A stretch of 64,000 bases of DNA from an uncultured delta proteobacterium (GTDB taxonomy: Bacteria; Desulfobacterota; Binatia; DP-6). Made by a program: the position numbers and the translations under genes. This document shows positions 22,678-33,700 of the stretch, piece after piece (the stretch's first letter is position 1; the number at the start of each line of letters is the position of its first letter). The stretch covers positions 96,001 to 160,000 of the forward strand of contig CAWFFN010000008.1 in the NCBI GenBank assembly GCA_963815115.1, in the 5' to 3' direction. Under the pieces are notes generated by a model. The model was not told where the DNA came from and did not search any database. It was given only the letters and a program-made list of their open reading frames with translations.

Positions 22678-23953
22678 GGTCGCCCCGGGCGATCACGTCG
22701 GCGCCCACGTATTGGCGCAGCACCTCGGGCACGGTGACGCTTCCATCGGCGCGCTGGTAGCTCTCCAGGACGGCGAGCAGCACGCGCGGCAGCCCGAGCC
22801 CCGAGCCGTTCAGCGTGTGCACCAGCTCGGGCTTGGCGCCCGGCGCGGGCCGGAAGCGAATGGCGGCGCGGCGCGCCTGGAAGTCGCGGAAGTTGGAGCA
22901 CGAGCTCACCTCCAGCCACTCCCCGCAGCCCGGTGCCCACACCTCGACGTCGAACTTCATGGCGGCCGTGAAGGAGAGGTCGCCGGTGCACATCTGCACC
23001 ACGCGGTGCGCGAGACCCAGGCGGCGGCACACCGTCTCGGCGTCGTTCAGCAGCGACGCCAGCTCCGCGTCCGAGGTCTCCGGGCGCACGAACTTCACCA
23101 GCTCGACCTTGTCGAACTGGTGGCCGCGCTTGATCCCGCGCACGTCGCGACCGGCCGACATCTTCTCGCGCCGGAAGCACGGCGTGTAGGCGACGTGACG
23201 CATCGGCAGCGCGCCGGGCTCGAAGACCTCGTCGCGGTAGAGGTTGGTCACCGGCACCTCGGCGGTCGGGATCCACCAGCAGTCGTCCTCGACGTCGCGG
23301 TAGACGGTGTCGGCGAACTTGGGGAGCTGCCCGGTGCCGACCAGGCACTCGCCGCGCACCATGGCGGGCGGATAGACCTCGAGGTAGCCGTGCTCCTTCG
23401 TGTGCAGGTCGAGCATCCAGGCGATCAGCGCGCGCTGCAGCCGCGCCCCCATGCCGCGGAGCACGTAGAAGCGGGTGCCCGAGATCTTCACGCCGCGCTC
23501 GAAGTCGATGATGCCGAGGCGCGGGCCGAGGTCCCAGTGCGGGATGGGCTGGAAGTCGAACGCCGGCAACTCCCCTTCCGTGCGCACGATCACGTTGGCC
23601 GACTCGTCCGGGCCAACCGGCACGTCGGGGTGCGGGAGGTTCGGCATCTCGAGCATGCGGTGCTCGAAGTCGGCCTCGGCCTCCGCGACCGCCGCCTCCG
23701 CCGCCGCGACCCGCGCGCCCATGCCGCGCTGGGCGGCGATGGCGGCTTCGCGCGCCGCCGGATCCTTCTGGTCGCGGATCGCCTTCGAGGCGGCCGTGCG
23801 CTCGGCGCGCAGGCCCTCGACGGCCTGGATCGCCTCGCGCCGCCGGCGATCGGCGTCGAGCAGCGCGTCGACCTGCGCCTCCTCGACGCCGACCTTCGCG
23901 AGGTCGGCCTTCACGCGCGTCGTCTCGGCGCGGATCAGGCGGATGTCCAGCAC
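22670..23953 (-). CDS. serS: Serine--tRNA ligase
   Basis: MLDIRLIR, IPTAEVP, FRREK, HQFDKVEL, EVSSCSN and HTLNGSGL motifs. Confidence 0.97.
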   Translation of the reverse strand: MLDIRLIRAETTRVKADLAKVGVEEAQVDALLDADRRRREAIQAVEGLRAERTAASKAIRDQKDPAAREAAIAAQRGMGARVAAAEAAVAEAEADFEHRMLEMPNLPHPDVPVGPDESANVIVRTEGELPAFDFQPIPHWDLGPRLGIIDFERGVKISGTRFYVLRGMGARLQRALIAWMLDLHTKEHGYLEVYPPAMVRGECLVGTGQLPKFADTVYRDVEDDCWWIPTAEVPVTNLYRDEVFEPGALPMRHVAYTPCFRREKMSAGRDVRGIKRGHQFDKVELVKFVRPETSDAELASLLNDAETVCRRLGLAHRVVQMCTGDLSFTAAMKFDVEVWAPGCGEWLEVSSCSNFRDFQARRAAIRFRPAPGAKPELVHTLNGSGLGLPRVLLAVLESYQRADGSVTVPEVLRQYVGADVIARGDPT

Positions 23954-23962
23954 GGTCCTCTC

Positions 23963-24325
23963 CTACACCGCGTCGAAGGCGCTGCGTACGTGCTCGAGCG
24001 CCGGAGGCTCGCGATCGAAGCGCACGCCGACCACGTCGAATCGGACGTCGGACTCGAGGAGACGCCGCGCGGCGAGGAAGTGCCGCGCCACCAGCGTGAG
24101 GCGCGCCTGCTTGCGGGCGTCGACCGACTCGCACGGTGTGCCCATGGCCTCGCCACGACGGCTGCGCACCTCGACGAAGACCACCGTGCGCCCGTCGAGC
24201 GCCACGAGGTCGATCTCACCGGCCCGGCATCGGAAGTTGCGCTCCACGATGGTGTACCCGCGAGCGCGGAGCAGCTCCTCCGCCAGCGCTTCGCCGCGCC
24301 GCCCGAGCTGCCCCCGCCCGTCCAC
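23963..24325 (-). CDS. yraN: YraN family protein
   Basis: GRRGEALA, RNFRCRAGEIDLV, VFVEVR and RFDVV motifs. Confidence 0.92.
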   Translation of the reverse strand: MDGRGQLGRRGEALAEELLRARGYTIVERNFRCRAGEIDLVALDGRTVVFVEVRSRRGEAMGTPCESVDARKQARLTLVARHFLAARRLLESDVRFDVVGVRFDREPPALEHVRSAFDAV

Positions 24326-24610
24326 GGGGGCGGAGACTACTCGGCGGCCGGTGACCTCGCAAGGTGCACGGCCCGCTACCAGCCTCGCGCGACGCGCACA
24401 TCCGTCACGGGATCGGTGGCGTTCCAACTTGATGCCGCGCATGCGTGCTGGCCCTGCGATGGCAGCAACGATGGAGTCTCTCCGTCCGAGCGGGCTCGCC
24501 GACGGAACCGCGACCGCGCGGCGTCGTCACGCTGGCGCGTCGCCGGTTGATCTCCCCGTGCGCCTCCCATAGATGTAGTGACGTCCGAACATTGACCCCG
24601 GAGGGCACGC

Positions 24611-24889
24611 ATGCGAATGGGCTTGCGGGAAGCGAACCAGCGGTTCGCGAGCGCGATCCGTGCCGTGAAGGCCGGGGAAGAGGTCATTCTCACCGAGCGC
24701 GGGACTCCGATCGCGGTGATCAAGCCCCTCGGACGCGCCACGACGGGCGAGGCCGCGCTCCGTCGTTTGGAGGCGGCGGGGCTGCTGTGGCGCGCGACCA
24801 GGTCGGGACCGATGCAGCCGTTCAAGCCCGTCCGGATCAAGGGAAGGCCCCTGTCACGGACCCTCCGGGAACTCCGCGATGCCGACTGA
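24611..24889 (+). CDS. Phd/YefM family antitoxin
   Basis: MGLREANQRFASAIRAVKAGEEVILTERGTPIA. Confidence 0.88.
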   Translation: MRMGLREANQRFASAIRAVKAGEEVILTERGTPIAVIKPLGRATTGEAALRRLEAAGLLWRATRSGPMQPFKPVRIKGRPLSRTLRELRDAD

Positions 24890-25326
24890 TGGCGGCGCTG
24901 CGCTCCTACTTCGACACCAGCGTCCTCGTGAAGCGCTGGGTGCTCGAGCAGGATTCCGGGCGGGCACGCCGGCTGCTCGCCTCGCGGGCCATCGTCTCGT
25001 CGGCGATCACGCCCGTGGAGCTGGCGGCCGCCGTGTGCCGCCGCCACGCCGCAGGCGACCTGACCGCGAAGCAGCGCGACGCGATCCTGGCGGACCTGCA
25101 GCGCGAGCGGGCGGGATGGGACCTCGTCGCTGTCGGTCGACTCGTCACGGACCGGGCTGAAGACGTGATCCGCACCACAGGGGTGCGGGCACTCGACGCG
25201 CTGCATCTGGCCTCGGCGCTGCTCCTCCGAGCGACCGTCGACCGCCCGATGCCATTCGTCACCGCGGATGCCGAGCAGGCGGAGGCGGCGGAGCGCTTGG
25301 GACTCGAGGTCCTGTCGCTCGCGTGA
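24889..25326 (+). CDS. vapC: VapC family PIN-domain toxin
   Basis: YFDTSVLVK, LDALHLASA and FVTAD motifs; TGATG overlap with the antitoxin. Confidence 0.9.
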   Translation: MAALRSYFDTSVLVKRWVLEQDSGRARRLLASRAIVSSAITPVELAAAVCRRHAAGDLTAKQRDAILADLQRERAGWDLVAVGRLVTDRAEDVIRTTGVRALDALHLASALLLRATVDRPMPFVTADAEQAEAAERLGLEVLSLA

Positions 25327-25863
25327 GCCTTGCGACCCCGTGGTCGGCCGCGCAGCTTGCCGTGGTGAAGAGCAGCCCGCCTTCACATCGGAGGGGACGG
25401 ACAGGCGCACGCCCGGCTTCAGCGGTCATGTCATCCTGCACCCAGAAGGGCCGCGAGTGGCCCTTCCTCCTCGGGAGTCGATGTACCTCCCCACGAGCGA
25501 CGGCTGCTGGGCGAAGATCGGGACCGCACGGTCACGAATTGTCTGCCGCAACGTGCGGGAGCACTCGACCTGGATCTCTCCCTTCTTCCCCTGCGCGCCG
25601 GGTGAGGCCCGCGGCCCTTCGGACGAGACCGCCGCGCCGAGGAGCGGAGCAGATAGCCGTAGCAATGAAGACCGGCTGCCCTCCGCCGCGATACGGTTCG
25701 CGGGGACCACGGGGTCAGCCGAGACGGCGCCCCACACGGCAGGAGGGCAGCCCGGACCGAGGATCTACGCATCGTATGCCAGCGCCGCGCGTCGGCTACG
25801 ACAGCGGCCCGTCGTAGACGGCACGTGCCCCGCGCGTGTTGTAGCTCCGGTCAGTGGCCCGCG

Positions 25864-26595
25864 TCACTGCCCGGACTTGGTCATCGTGCCCGCCCAGCTC
25901 ACATCGCAGCTCTGGGGACACTGACCGTAGACGGGAAAGTGATTGTAGCTCTGCGTGACCTCTACCACCCCGTCGTGCGCCGGCAGGGAGCCCTGCACTC
26001 CCCAATCGTCGTCCCATCCGCCAGTGGCGCATTCGCCGGCCAAACCAAAGTAACCGGAGAGGTTGAACCCCGTAGGCGTGATGCTCCCGGTCAGCTCGAT
26101 CCCCTGGGGATATCCATGGCCTTCGATACGGCCATCCGACAGCTCGATCTCGAGTTCCGAGAAGAACGGCGAGGCGTCTCCGTCGCACTCCCCCGACGTG
26201 GTACCCGAGAGAACCCAGTGTCCGCTCAGCGTGAACGGGGGCGTCGTCGTGGAAGTGGTGGTGCTGGTCGTCGTGGTCGTCGAGCGAAGCAGCGCGACGA
26301 CGGCGGCCGCCCAGGCATCGAGTGATTCCCCGACCTCACCGGCGTCTCCCGCCTTCGCACAACCGCCTTTCGCTTCCGCTCTGCGGAAGCCGCGCTCGAG
26401 ACGCCTCGTGATGGTGGCCGGGTCGACGACGCCGCCGGGACTGTGGGCGGATGCCCTGAGCAGCGCACCCGCAGCCGCCCCTGTAACGATGAGCTTCGCG
26501 CGCATGCATCGGCTCGCAGGATCGGCGCGAACAGACGCCGGACCCGCACTCAGCAAGCCTACGCAAAGAGCTGCGACCGTCTTCCTCGCGATCAT
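25864..26595 (-). CDS. Secreted two-domain hypothetical protein with Thr-rich linker
   Basis: Signal peptide after a GGGGGAAGG RBS-like tract; Cys-containing helical N-domain, STTTTTSTTTSTTT linker, beta-rich C-domain. Confidence 0.7.
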   Translation of the reverse strand: MIARKTVAALCVGLLSAGPASVRADPASRCMRAKLIVTGAAAGALLRASAHSPGGVVDPATITRRLERGFRRAEAKGGCAKAGDAGEVGESLDAWAAAVVALLRSTTTTTSTTTSTTTPPFTLSGHWVLSGTTSGECDGDASPFFSELEIELSDGRIEGHGYPQGIELTGSITPTGFNLSGYFGLAGECATGGWDDDWGVQGSLPAHDGVVEVTQSYNHFPVYGQCPQSCDVSWAGTMTKSGQ

Positions 26596-26703
26596 GTCCT
26601 TCCCCCCTGCGCAGGCGAACGTAGCAACCGTCGGCTCGGGCCGGCAACGGCAACCTGTGTCCGGTGGCACAACCCAAGTGCGGGCGGCAGGGGACAGGCC
26701 TGT

Positions 26704-26940
26704 GGTGAGCAGCTACCTGTTGGGTGTGGAGCTCGAGGCGCGCTTGGAGACCATCGATGCGGCCGTCACCAACTCGCCGCGGGGGCGCCGTACCGCGAGT
26801 CGGTCGGGTGGCTGCGCTGCTTTCGGAGGATCGACACGCCGAGGGCTATGACCCTGGTGACCGAGCTCCGGGACGTCCGTCGCTTCGCCTCCACCGCGCC
26901 CTCATGGCATTCATCGGCCTGGTCCCGGGCGAGGACCCCC
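26704..26940 (+). mobile_element. IS110-family transposase remnant
   Basis: Three frames join to YLLGVE-LEARLETIDAA..YRESVGWLRCFRRIDTPRAMTLVTELRDVRRFAS..ALMAFIGLVPGED, the IS110 region leading to the GLxP motif; truncated at both ends. Confidence 0.8.
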
Positions 26941-26984
26941 GGCTCGCGTTGCCAACCCCGGGGCCGTGCGATAGGTACCACGAC

Positions 26985-27272
26985 GTGGCGATCACGCGCG
27001 ACGAGGTGCGGCGGGTCGCGGCGCTCGCGCGCCTCCGCCTCGAGCCCGCCGAGGAGGAGCGGCTCACGGCCGATCTCGATCACATCCTCGAGGCCTTCGT
27101 GCGCCTCCAGGCCGTGGACACCAGCGCCGTGCCGCCGACCGCCCACGTGGACGACTTCGGCGCCCGCCTGCGGTCCGACGAGGTGCTGAATCCCGCCGGC
27201 GACGAGGCGCTGCTCGCGAACGCGCCCGCCCGTGACGGACGCCTGTTCCGCGTACCGAAAATCATCGAATAG
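26985..27272 (+). CDS. gatC: Asp/Glu-tRNA amidotransferase subunit C
   Basis: [15 protein letters not shown] and [13 protein letters not shown] motifs; upstream of gatA. Confidence 0.93.
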   Translation: MAITRDEVRRVAALARLRLEPAEEERLTADLDHILEAFVRLQAVDTSAVPPTAHVDDFGARLRSDEVLNPAGDEALLANAPARDGRLFRVPKIIE

Positions 27273-27297
27273 ATCATCGAGTAGTTCCGGATCCGTC

Positions 27298-28761
27298 ATG
27301 AGCGCTCTGCACGACCTCGGGGTTCGCGAGGCCGCCCGCCGTGTCCGCCACCGCGAGGTGTCGTCGGTCGAGCTGGTCCGCGCGGCCCTGGCACGCGTCG
27401 CCGCGGCGGAGCCGCGGGTCGGCGCGTTCCTCACCGTGTGCGAGGCCGAGGCGCTCGCGGCCGCCGGGGAAATCGACCGGCAGGTGCGCGACGGCCAGGA
27501 CCCGGGAGCGCTCGGCGGCGTGCCGGTCGGGATAAAGGACGTCATCTGCACCGCGGGGGTCCGCACGACGGCGGCGTCGCGCATCCTCGAGGGCTTCGTC
27601 CCGAGCTACGATGCCACCGTCGTGAGCCGGCTGCGGCGCGCCGGCGCCGTCATCGTCGGCAAGCTCAACTGCGACGAGTTCGCCATGGGCTCCTCGACCG
27701 AGAACTCGGCCCTGGGCGTGACGCGCAACCCGTGGGACGGCGAGCACGTTCCCGGCGGCTCGTCGGGCGGCTCCGCCGCCGCGGTGTCGGCACGCGAGGT
27801 GCCGGCGGCACTCGGCACCGACACGGGCGGCTCCATCCGCTTGCCGGCCGCCTTCTGCGGGGTCGTCGGTCTGAAGCCGACGTACGGGCGCGTGTCGCGC
27901 TCGGGCGTGATCGCCTATGCCTCGTCGCTCGACCAGGTGGGCCCGTTCGCGCGCGACGTGGCCGACGCCGCGCTGGTGCTGGAGGCGATCGCCGGACCCG
28001 ATGCGGCCGATTCGACCGCCTCCCCGATCCCGGTGCCGTCCTACGGCGACGCGCTCGCGAGCGGGGTGCGCGGCATGCGGCTCGGGCTGCCCAAGGAGTA
28101 CTTCGTCGAGGGCATGCAGCCCGAGGTGGCCGACGCGGTGCGCGCGGCGGTCACGGAGCTCGAACGACTCGGGGCGGTCGCCGAGCCGGTGTCGCTGCCG
28201 CACACCGAGTACGCCATCGCGACGTACTACCTCATCGCCACCGCCGAGGCGTCGTCGAATCTCGCCCGCTACGACGGCGTGCGCTACGGCTTGCGGGTCG
28301 GTGGAGGCGGGAGCCTCGGGGAGATGTACGAGCGCTCGCGCGCGGCGGGCTTCGGCGCCGAGGTGAAGCGGCGCATCATGCTCGGCACCTACGCGCTCTC
28401 CGCCGGCTACTACGACGCCTACTACCTGAAGGCGCAGCAGGTGCGGACGCTCATCCGGCGCGACTTCGAGCAGGCGCTCACCCGATGCGACGCGCTGATC
28501 ACGCCGGTGGCGCCGACGACCGCCTTCCGCCGCGGCGAGAAGACGGACGATCCGCTCACCATGTATCTCTCCGACATCCTCACCATCTCGGTGAACCTGG
28601 CCGGGCTGCCGGGCCTCGCCGTCCCGTGCGGCTTCGACCGTGCCGGGCTGCCCATCGGGCTGCAGGTCATCGGACGGCCCTTCGACGAGGCCACCATCCT
28701 CCGCATCGGCGCCGCCTACGAGCAGGCGAGCGACTGGCAGCGCCGGAGTCCGCTGCCGTGA
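27298..28761 (+). CDS. gatA: Asp/Glu-tRNA amidotransferase subunit A
   Basis: [21 protein letters not shown] and [11 protein letters not shown] motifs. Confidence 0.97.
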   Translation: MSALHDLGVREAARRVRHREVSSVELVRAALARVAAAEPRVGAFLTVCEAEALAAAGEIDRQVRDGQDPGALGGVPVGIKDVICTAGVRTTAASRILEGFVPSYDATVVSRLRRAGAVIVGKLNCDEFAMGSSTENSALGVTRNPWDGEHVPGGSSGGSAAAVSAREVPAALGTDTGGSIRLPAAFCGVVGLKPTYGRVSRSGVIAYASSLDQVGPFARDVADAALVLEAIAGPDAADSTASPIPVPSYGDALASGVRGMRLGLPKEYFVEGMQPEVADAVRAAVTELERLGAVAEPVSLPHTEYAIATYYLIATAEASSNLARYDGVRYGLRVGGGGSLGEMYERSRAAGFGAEVKRRIMLGTYALSAGYYDAYYLKAQQVRTLIRRDFEQALTRCDALITPVAPTTAFRRGEKTDDPLTMYLSDILTISVNLAGLPGLAVPCGFDRAGLPIGLQVIGRPFDEATILRIGAAYEQASDWQRRSPLP

Positions 28762-30221
28762 CCTGGACGCACGACGGACTCGAGGGGGTGATCGGGCTCG
28801 AGGTCCACGCGGAGCTCCTCACCCGCTCGAAGATCTTCTGCTCCTGCTCGGCTGCCTTCGGGGCACCCCCCAACACCAACGTCTGCCCGGTGTGCCTCGG
28901 CATGCCCGGCGTCCTGCCGGTGCTCAATCGCCGGGTGGTCGAGTTCGCGATCCGTGCCGGCCTCGCCACCGGCTGCACGATCGCCCCGCACTCGCGCTTC
29001 GCACGCAAGAACTACTTCTACCCGGACCTCGTGAAGGGCTACCAGATCAGCATGTACGAGGAGCCCCTGTGCACCGCCGGCTGGCTCGAGATCGTGGTCG
29101 ACGGCACGCCCAGGCGCGTGGGCCTGACCCGGATCCACATGGAGGAGGACACCGGGAAGAACATCCACGACGCCCACGCCGGCGGCAGCCTGGTCGACTT
29201 CAATCGCAGCGGCGTTCCCCTCCTCGAGATCGTGAGCGAGCCCGACATGCGCGGCCCGGCCGAGGCGGGCGCCTACCTCCGGGCGTTGCGCTCCATCCTG
29301 CAGTACCTCGAGATCTGCGACGGCAACATGGAGGAAGGCAGCTTCCGCTGCGACGCCAACGTGTCCGTGCGGCCCGCGGGCGCGAGCCGTCTCGGCACCA
29401 AGGTCGAGATCAAGAACATGAACTCCTTCCGGAACGTCGAGCGCGCCATCGAGCACGAGCTCGGCCGGCAGGCGCGCGCCCTCGCCACCGGCGAGCGGCT
29501 GGTGCAGGAGACCCGGCTCTGGGACACTGAGCGGGAGGAGACCCGGTCGATGCGCAGCAAGGAATCAGCGCACGACTACCGCTACTTCCCCGAGCCCGAC
29601 CTGCTGCCCCTCGCGGTCGAGCAGCCCTGGGTGGACGACGTGCGGAGCGCGATGCCCGAGCTGCCGGGGCCACGCCGGCGGCGCTTCGAGCGGGAGTTCG
29701 CGCTCTCCGCCTACGACGCCGACGTGCTCACGCAGCGCAAGGACGTGGCGGACTACTTCGAAGCCGCCGTCGCCGCGGGCGGCGGCGCGAAGGACATCGC
29801 GAACTGGGTGACGACCGAGGTCCTGCGGCTGGTGCGGGAGGAGAAGCTCGATCGCGCGCTGGTGATCCGCGACTGGCCGCTCACGCCAGCGCAGCTCGCG
29901 AAGCTCTCGCACCTCGTCGAATCCGGCGCCATCAACCGCAACACCGCAAAGGGATTGATGCCCCGCCTGCTGCGTACGGGGAGTGATCCGGCGGACCTGG
30001 TCGCCGCCGAAGGACTGGCGCAGGTCAGCGATCGTGACACGCTCGCGCATGCAGTCAGGGAGACTTTGGCACTCCACCCCGAACAGGTCGCGCAGTTCCA
30101 GGCAGGGAAGGAACGCGTCCTGGGCTTCCTGGTCGGCCACGTCATGAAGAGCACCAAGGGCAAGGCCAACCCGCAGCTCGTTCAGGAGCTGCTGCGTGAC
30201 GCGCTCGCCCAACAGTCGTAG
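28758..30221 (+). CDS. gatB: Asp/Glu-tRNA amidotransferase subunit B
   Basis: [23 protein letters not shown] and [10 protein letters not shown] motifs. Confidence 0.97.
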   Translation: MTWTHDGLEGVIGLEVHAELLTRSKIFCSCSAAFGAPPNTNVCPVCLGMPGVLPVLNRRVVEFAIRAGLATGCTIAPHSRFARKNYFYPDLVKGYQISMYEEPLCTAGWLEIVVDGTPRRVGLTRIHMEEDTGKNIHDAHAGGSLVDFNRSGVPLLEIVSEPDMRGPAEAGAYLRALRSILQYLEICDGNMEEGSFRCDANVSVRPAGASRLGTKVEIKNMNSFRNVERAIEHELGRQARALATGERLVQETRLWDTEREETRSMRSKESAHDYRYFPEPDLLPLAVEQPWVDDVRSAMPELPGPRRRRFEREFALSAYDADVLTQRKDVADYFEAAVAAGGGAKDIANWVTTEVLRLVREEKLDRALVIRDWPLTPAQLAKLSHLVESGAINRNTAKGLMPRLLRTGSDPADLVAAEGLAQVSDRDTLAHAVRETLALHPEQVAQFQAGKERVLGFLVGHVMKSTKGKANPQLVQELLRDALAQQS

Positions 30222-30291
30222 CCAGCTCGCCCAATGGTCGTAGAAACTTTTCTGCACAAGGGGCTGGCGCGGCCGCCCGCGAGACGGTATC

Positions 30292-30723
30292 GTGCAGGCG
30301 CTGGCGGAGCCCTGGATGACTGATCAGACGACTCACACCCCTCCCCCGTATGCCTCCGAGACGCTGCTGCGGCTCGCGCCGCCGGAGACGCCGGAGGATC
30401 GCCTGATGCTCGCCGTGCTGCTCGACGCGGTGGCGCTGCTGCGCGAGCATGCCACCGGCGTCCGTCCCCACCGGCAGCGACTGGTGGCCGACACCGCGCG
30501 CTGGTTTGCGAGCGACGACGCCGCATGGCCGCTCTCGTTCGCCAACATCTGCCTCGGCCTCGGCCTCGAGACGCCGCTGCTCCGGGTCGGACTGGAGCGG
30601 GAGCTGACGGATCTCGGCGCCCGGGCGCTCCTCCGCCCGGGACATGCAGAGGTCGTCCCCTTGCGCGTCGCGCCCGCGATCGGCCGGGCGCCGCGCGAGC
30701 GCGTCGCGCGGCCGCGCGGCTGA
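30292..30723 (+). CDS. Small conserved-looking hypothetical protein
   Basis: PEDRLMLAVLLDAV..WFASDD..WPLSFANICLGLGL; codon usage looks coding; start may be the ATG at 30316. Confidence 0.7.
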   Translation: MQALAEPWMTDQTTHTPPPYASETLLRLAPPETPEDRLMLAVLLDAVALLREHATGVRPHRQRLVADTARWFASDDAAWPLSFANICLGLGLETPLLRVGLERELTDLGARALLRPGHAEVVPLRVAPAIGRAPRERVARPRG

Positions 30724-30759
30724 CGCGAGGCTCGTTCCCGGGACGCCCCCGCCGCGTTC

Positions 30760-33700
30760 CTACGGGAGCGCCGGGCAGGTCGCGGGCGGCGCGGTCTTCG
30801 GCTGCGCCGTGAACTTGTCGACGTGGTCATTCGCCGCCGTCGACGAGTCGCCGCTCGCCTTCGCCGGGGCGTCGGCACACCAGGTCGCCCCGCTGCCGAG
30901 CTGCAAGCGCACGGCGATCCTGCCCTGCGACGTCTCGTTCAGCGTGTAGCCCCAGTTGGCCTTCCCCGCCTTGATCTTCACCTGATCGGCCTTCACGGTC
31001 ACGCGCGAGACCGGTCCATCCGGATCGCTGCCCGAGAAGCGATAGCCCTTGGGCGCGGACGTCTTGCCCTGCAGCTCCCAACCGCTCGCCGGGAGCGTCA
31101 CCGACACCTGCTCCCCGCTGCCGGCCGAGTCGTAGACGATCAGGACGGCTCCGCCTCCGCTCGCGCCGCCCGGCGTCGGATCACCCGAGCTGCCCGGCAC
31201 CGGCATGACGATGCGGTTGGAAGGCGCGTCCTTCTTGGTGCTCGACTTGAACGTCAGCTTGCGGGCGGAGGGCGTCGGCGGCGCCGTCCGGTCGCGCATG
31301 CCGAGGGAGGTCGTCTGCACGAGCACGAACGCCGTCGAGGGCAACGTGGTCGTGGTGGTCGTGCTGCTCGTGCCCGCGCCCGAGGTCGTCGTCGTGCTGC
31401 TGCTGCTCGTGCTCGTCGAACCGGCGTGCGTCGTGGTCGTGGTGGTCGTCGTCCCCACCGTGCACGGACCGGTCAGCGTCGGCGGGAAGCTCTGCGGGTC
31501 GGCCGGATCGGTGTGGCAGTCGACCTCGCGGCTGTCGAAGACGCCGTCGAGGTCGCGGTCGACGCCGATGCGGGTACCGGAGCCAGGCGGCACGCAGGTG
31601 AAGGTGATCTCCTGGCCCGCGGCGGTGGCCAGGTTGCGCACCTGGGTGGTCGTGAGGAGGCCCTCCGCATGCCGATCGGTCTGGAAGTTGTTGCTCCCGA
31701 CGTAGACGGCGCCCCGTGCCTCGCCCGCGATGTTGCCCTTGACGACGAGATCGCAGGCGCCGGCGTTGGCCTGCGCGACCAGGAGATTGATCCGGTTGAC
31801 GAACGCCGTGGTGTTGAAGGTGCTCGCGTCGATCGACACCTGCTGGCCGACGGCGGGCGCGAGTCCGGTGTCGAAGGCGAGCAGGAACTGCTCGAGCTGC
31901 CGCTTCTCCGTCGTGTTCAGGTTCTGGAACACCGGTGAGGAGACGAAGTCGAAGACGGTCGAGACGCTGCCGTCGTGCAGCACACCGAAGCCGCGCACCT
32001 GCTCGCCCAGCGAGCCCTGGCCGGGAATCCCGAACTTGCCGACCTTCTGGTAGAGGTTGCGGAGGTGGGCGATCTTGAACTCCTGCGGCTCGCCCTCGAA
32101 GGTCGACAGGCCGTCGGTACCGAAGGGCAGCCGGTGGCAGAAGGTGCAGGTGATCGCGCCGCCGTCGGTGAGGCGGTTCAGGAAGAGCGTCTGCCCCGCG
32201 CCCTGGTCCGTGCTGGCCGCGTTGTCGAGCGCCCGGATCGGGTTCGGCGGCAGGGTGACCGTCAGGATGAAATCGGTGAAGGCCTGCATGTCGCCGGGCG
32301 TGAGCTGCGCCGAACGTCCCAGCAGGCTGACGAACGCCGGGTTGAAGGCCTCGAAGGCGAGATGCTCGTCGAGGGGGTCCTGCCCCGTGGTCGAGCCGGT
32401 GCGATCACCGCGCCAGTGCATCGGCCCCGCACCCGCCATGCCGCGCAAGGTCTGCGTCGTCATGGGGCCCTTCATCGGATGGAAGACGCAGTTCGGACAC
32501 GGGATGCCCACGCCCGGCCCTCCCGGGCTGAAGTCCGCCGAGGGCGTCAGGCGGAACGGGTTGTCGTTCGGCAGGACGTCGCCGAACGGATTGCTCAGGT
32601 CCCAGGCCAGGCTGTCGAAGTCGCCGAAGACGTGGCAGCTCGCGCACGCCGAGTCCCCGTGCCCCGAGGTCGTGCGGGCGTCGTACAGGAACGGCCGGCC
32701 GTCCCGCACCACGGCGGGCTCCGGGTCGAAGCGCAGCGGCACGACGGCCGTCTCGACGGCCGCCGCCGGGTTGCTGGCGCTGCTCACGATCGAGATGTCG
32801 TGCGTGAAGCGGTTCATGACGTAGAGGCGGTCGTGCGACTCGTCGAGCGCCAGGCCGCTCGGACCGCCGCCGACGTCGACCAGCGTCTTGGTGCCGGCGC
32901 CGATCGTGCCGGCCTCGAGCGCCGCGGCGTCGAAGATGCCGACCTTTCCCGAACCGAGCCCCGCGACGTAGACCCGATTGCCGTCGCTCGAGAACACCAG
33001 GTCGGTCGGGAAGGCGAGGCTCGCCTCGGCCTCGCTCGCCGGCGGGGTGCACGCCGGCGGGGTGCAGGAGTAGTCGATGTGCGGATTCAGGTGATGCGGC
33101 GCCGGCGTGGTGCCGTTGATGACGGTGATCCGGCTCTCGGCGAGATGCCCCTGGACGCCGCGTCCCAGCGCATCGCCCGGGATGCGCGGCTCGAAGCGTA
33201 CCTGGTTCCGCGCGTCGGTGTTGGTCACGTAGATCTGGTTGGCCGCGTTGGGCCTCACTGCCATGTTGAAGATGACGGTTCCGACACCGGTCACCGCGCT
33301 CGTACCCGAGACGAGCGCCGGCGTGCCGGCGTTCGCGTCGATGATGAAGACGTCGCGGTCGGGGAGGCTGAAGGGAACCTGCGCGTTCCAGTTCCGGCCG
33401 AGCTCGTCGAGCCAGCTCGACCCGTCGAACTTGACGATCAGGCCCGTCGACGGCGCCCCGGGAGTGGTCCCGGGCGGAGGAGCCGGCATGCCTCCGTTGC
33501 CGCGCACCACCGACTCAGTGATCGTGGTGGTCCGGTTGCCCGACTCGAAGACCGCCGCGAACACCTGCGAGCCGCTCGAGTTGCGCGCCAGCGCACGCGG
33601 CGTGTCCCCGAAGAGCACGATGTTGGCAATCGGCGCGCCGCCGAGCGTGGTCGTCCCGAGGTTCGTGGCGTCGAACACCTGCACCAGGGCGCGACCCGTG

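Noticed and set aside
24572-24595. TA operator palindrome ATGT...ACAT upstream of the antitoxin
   Set aside because: Plausible position but too imperfect to support as a feature.
25327-25863. ORFs 25268..25924 and 25323..25817
   Set aside because: No recognisable motifs, atypical codon usage and overlap with neighbouring genes; probably non-coding or decayed.
31340-31455. Tandem GTC/GTG repeats as a CRISPR or VNTR locus
   Set aside because: They encode an in-frame Thr/Ser linker; there is no repeat-spacer structure and no cas genes.
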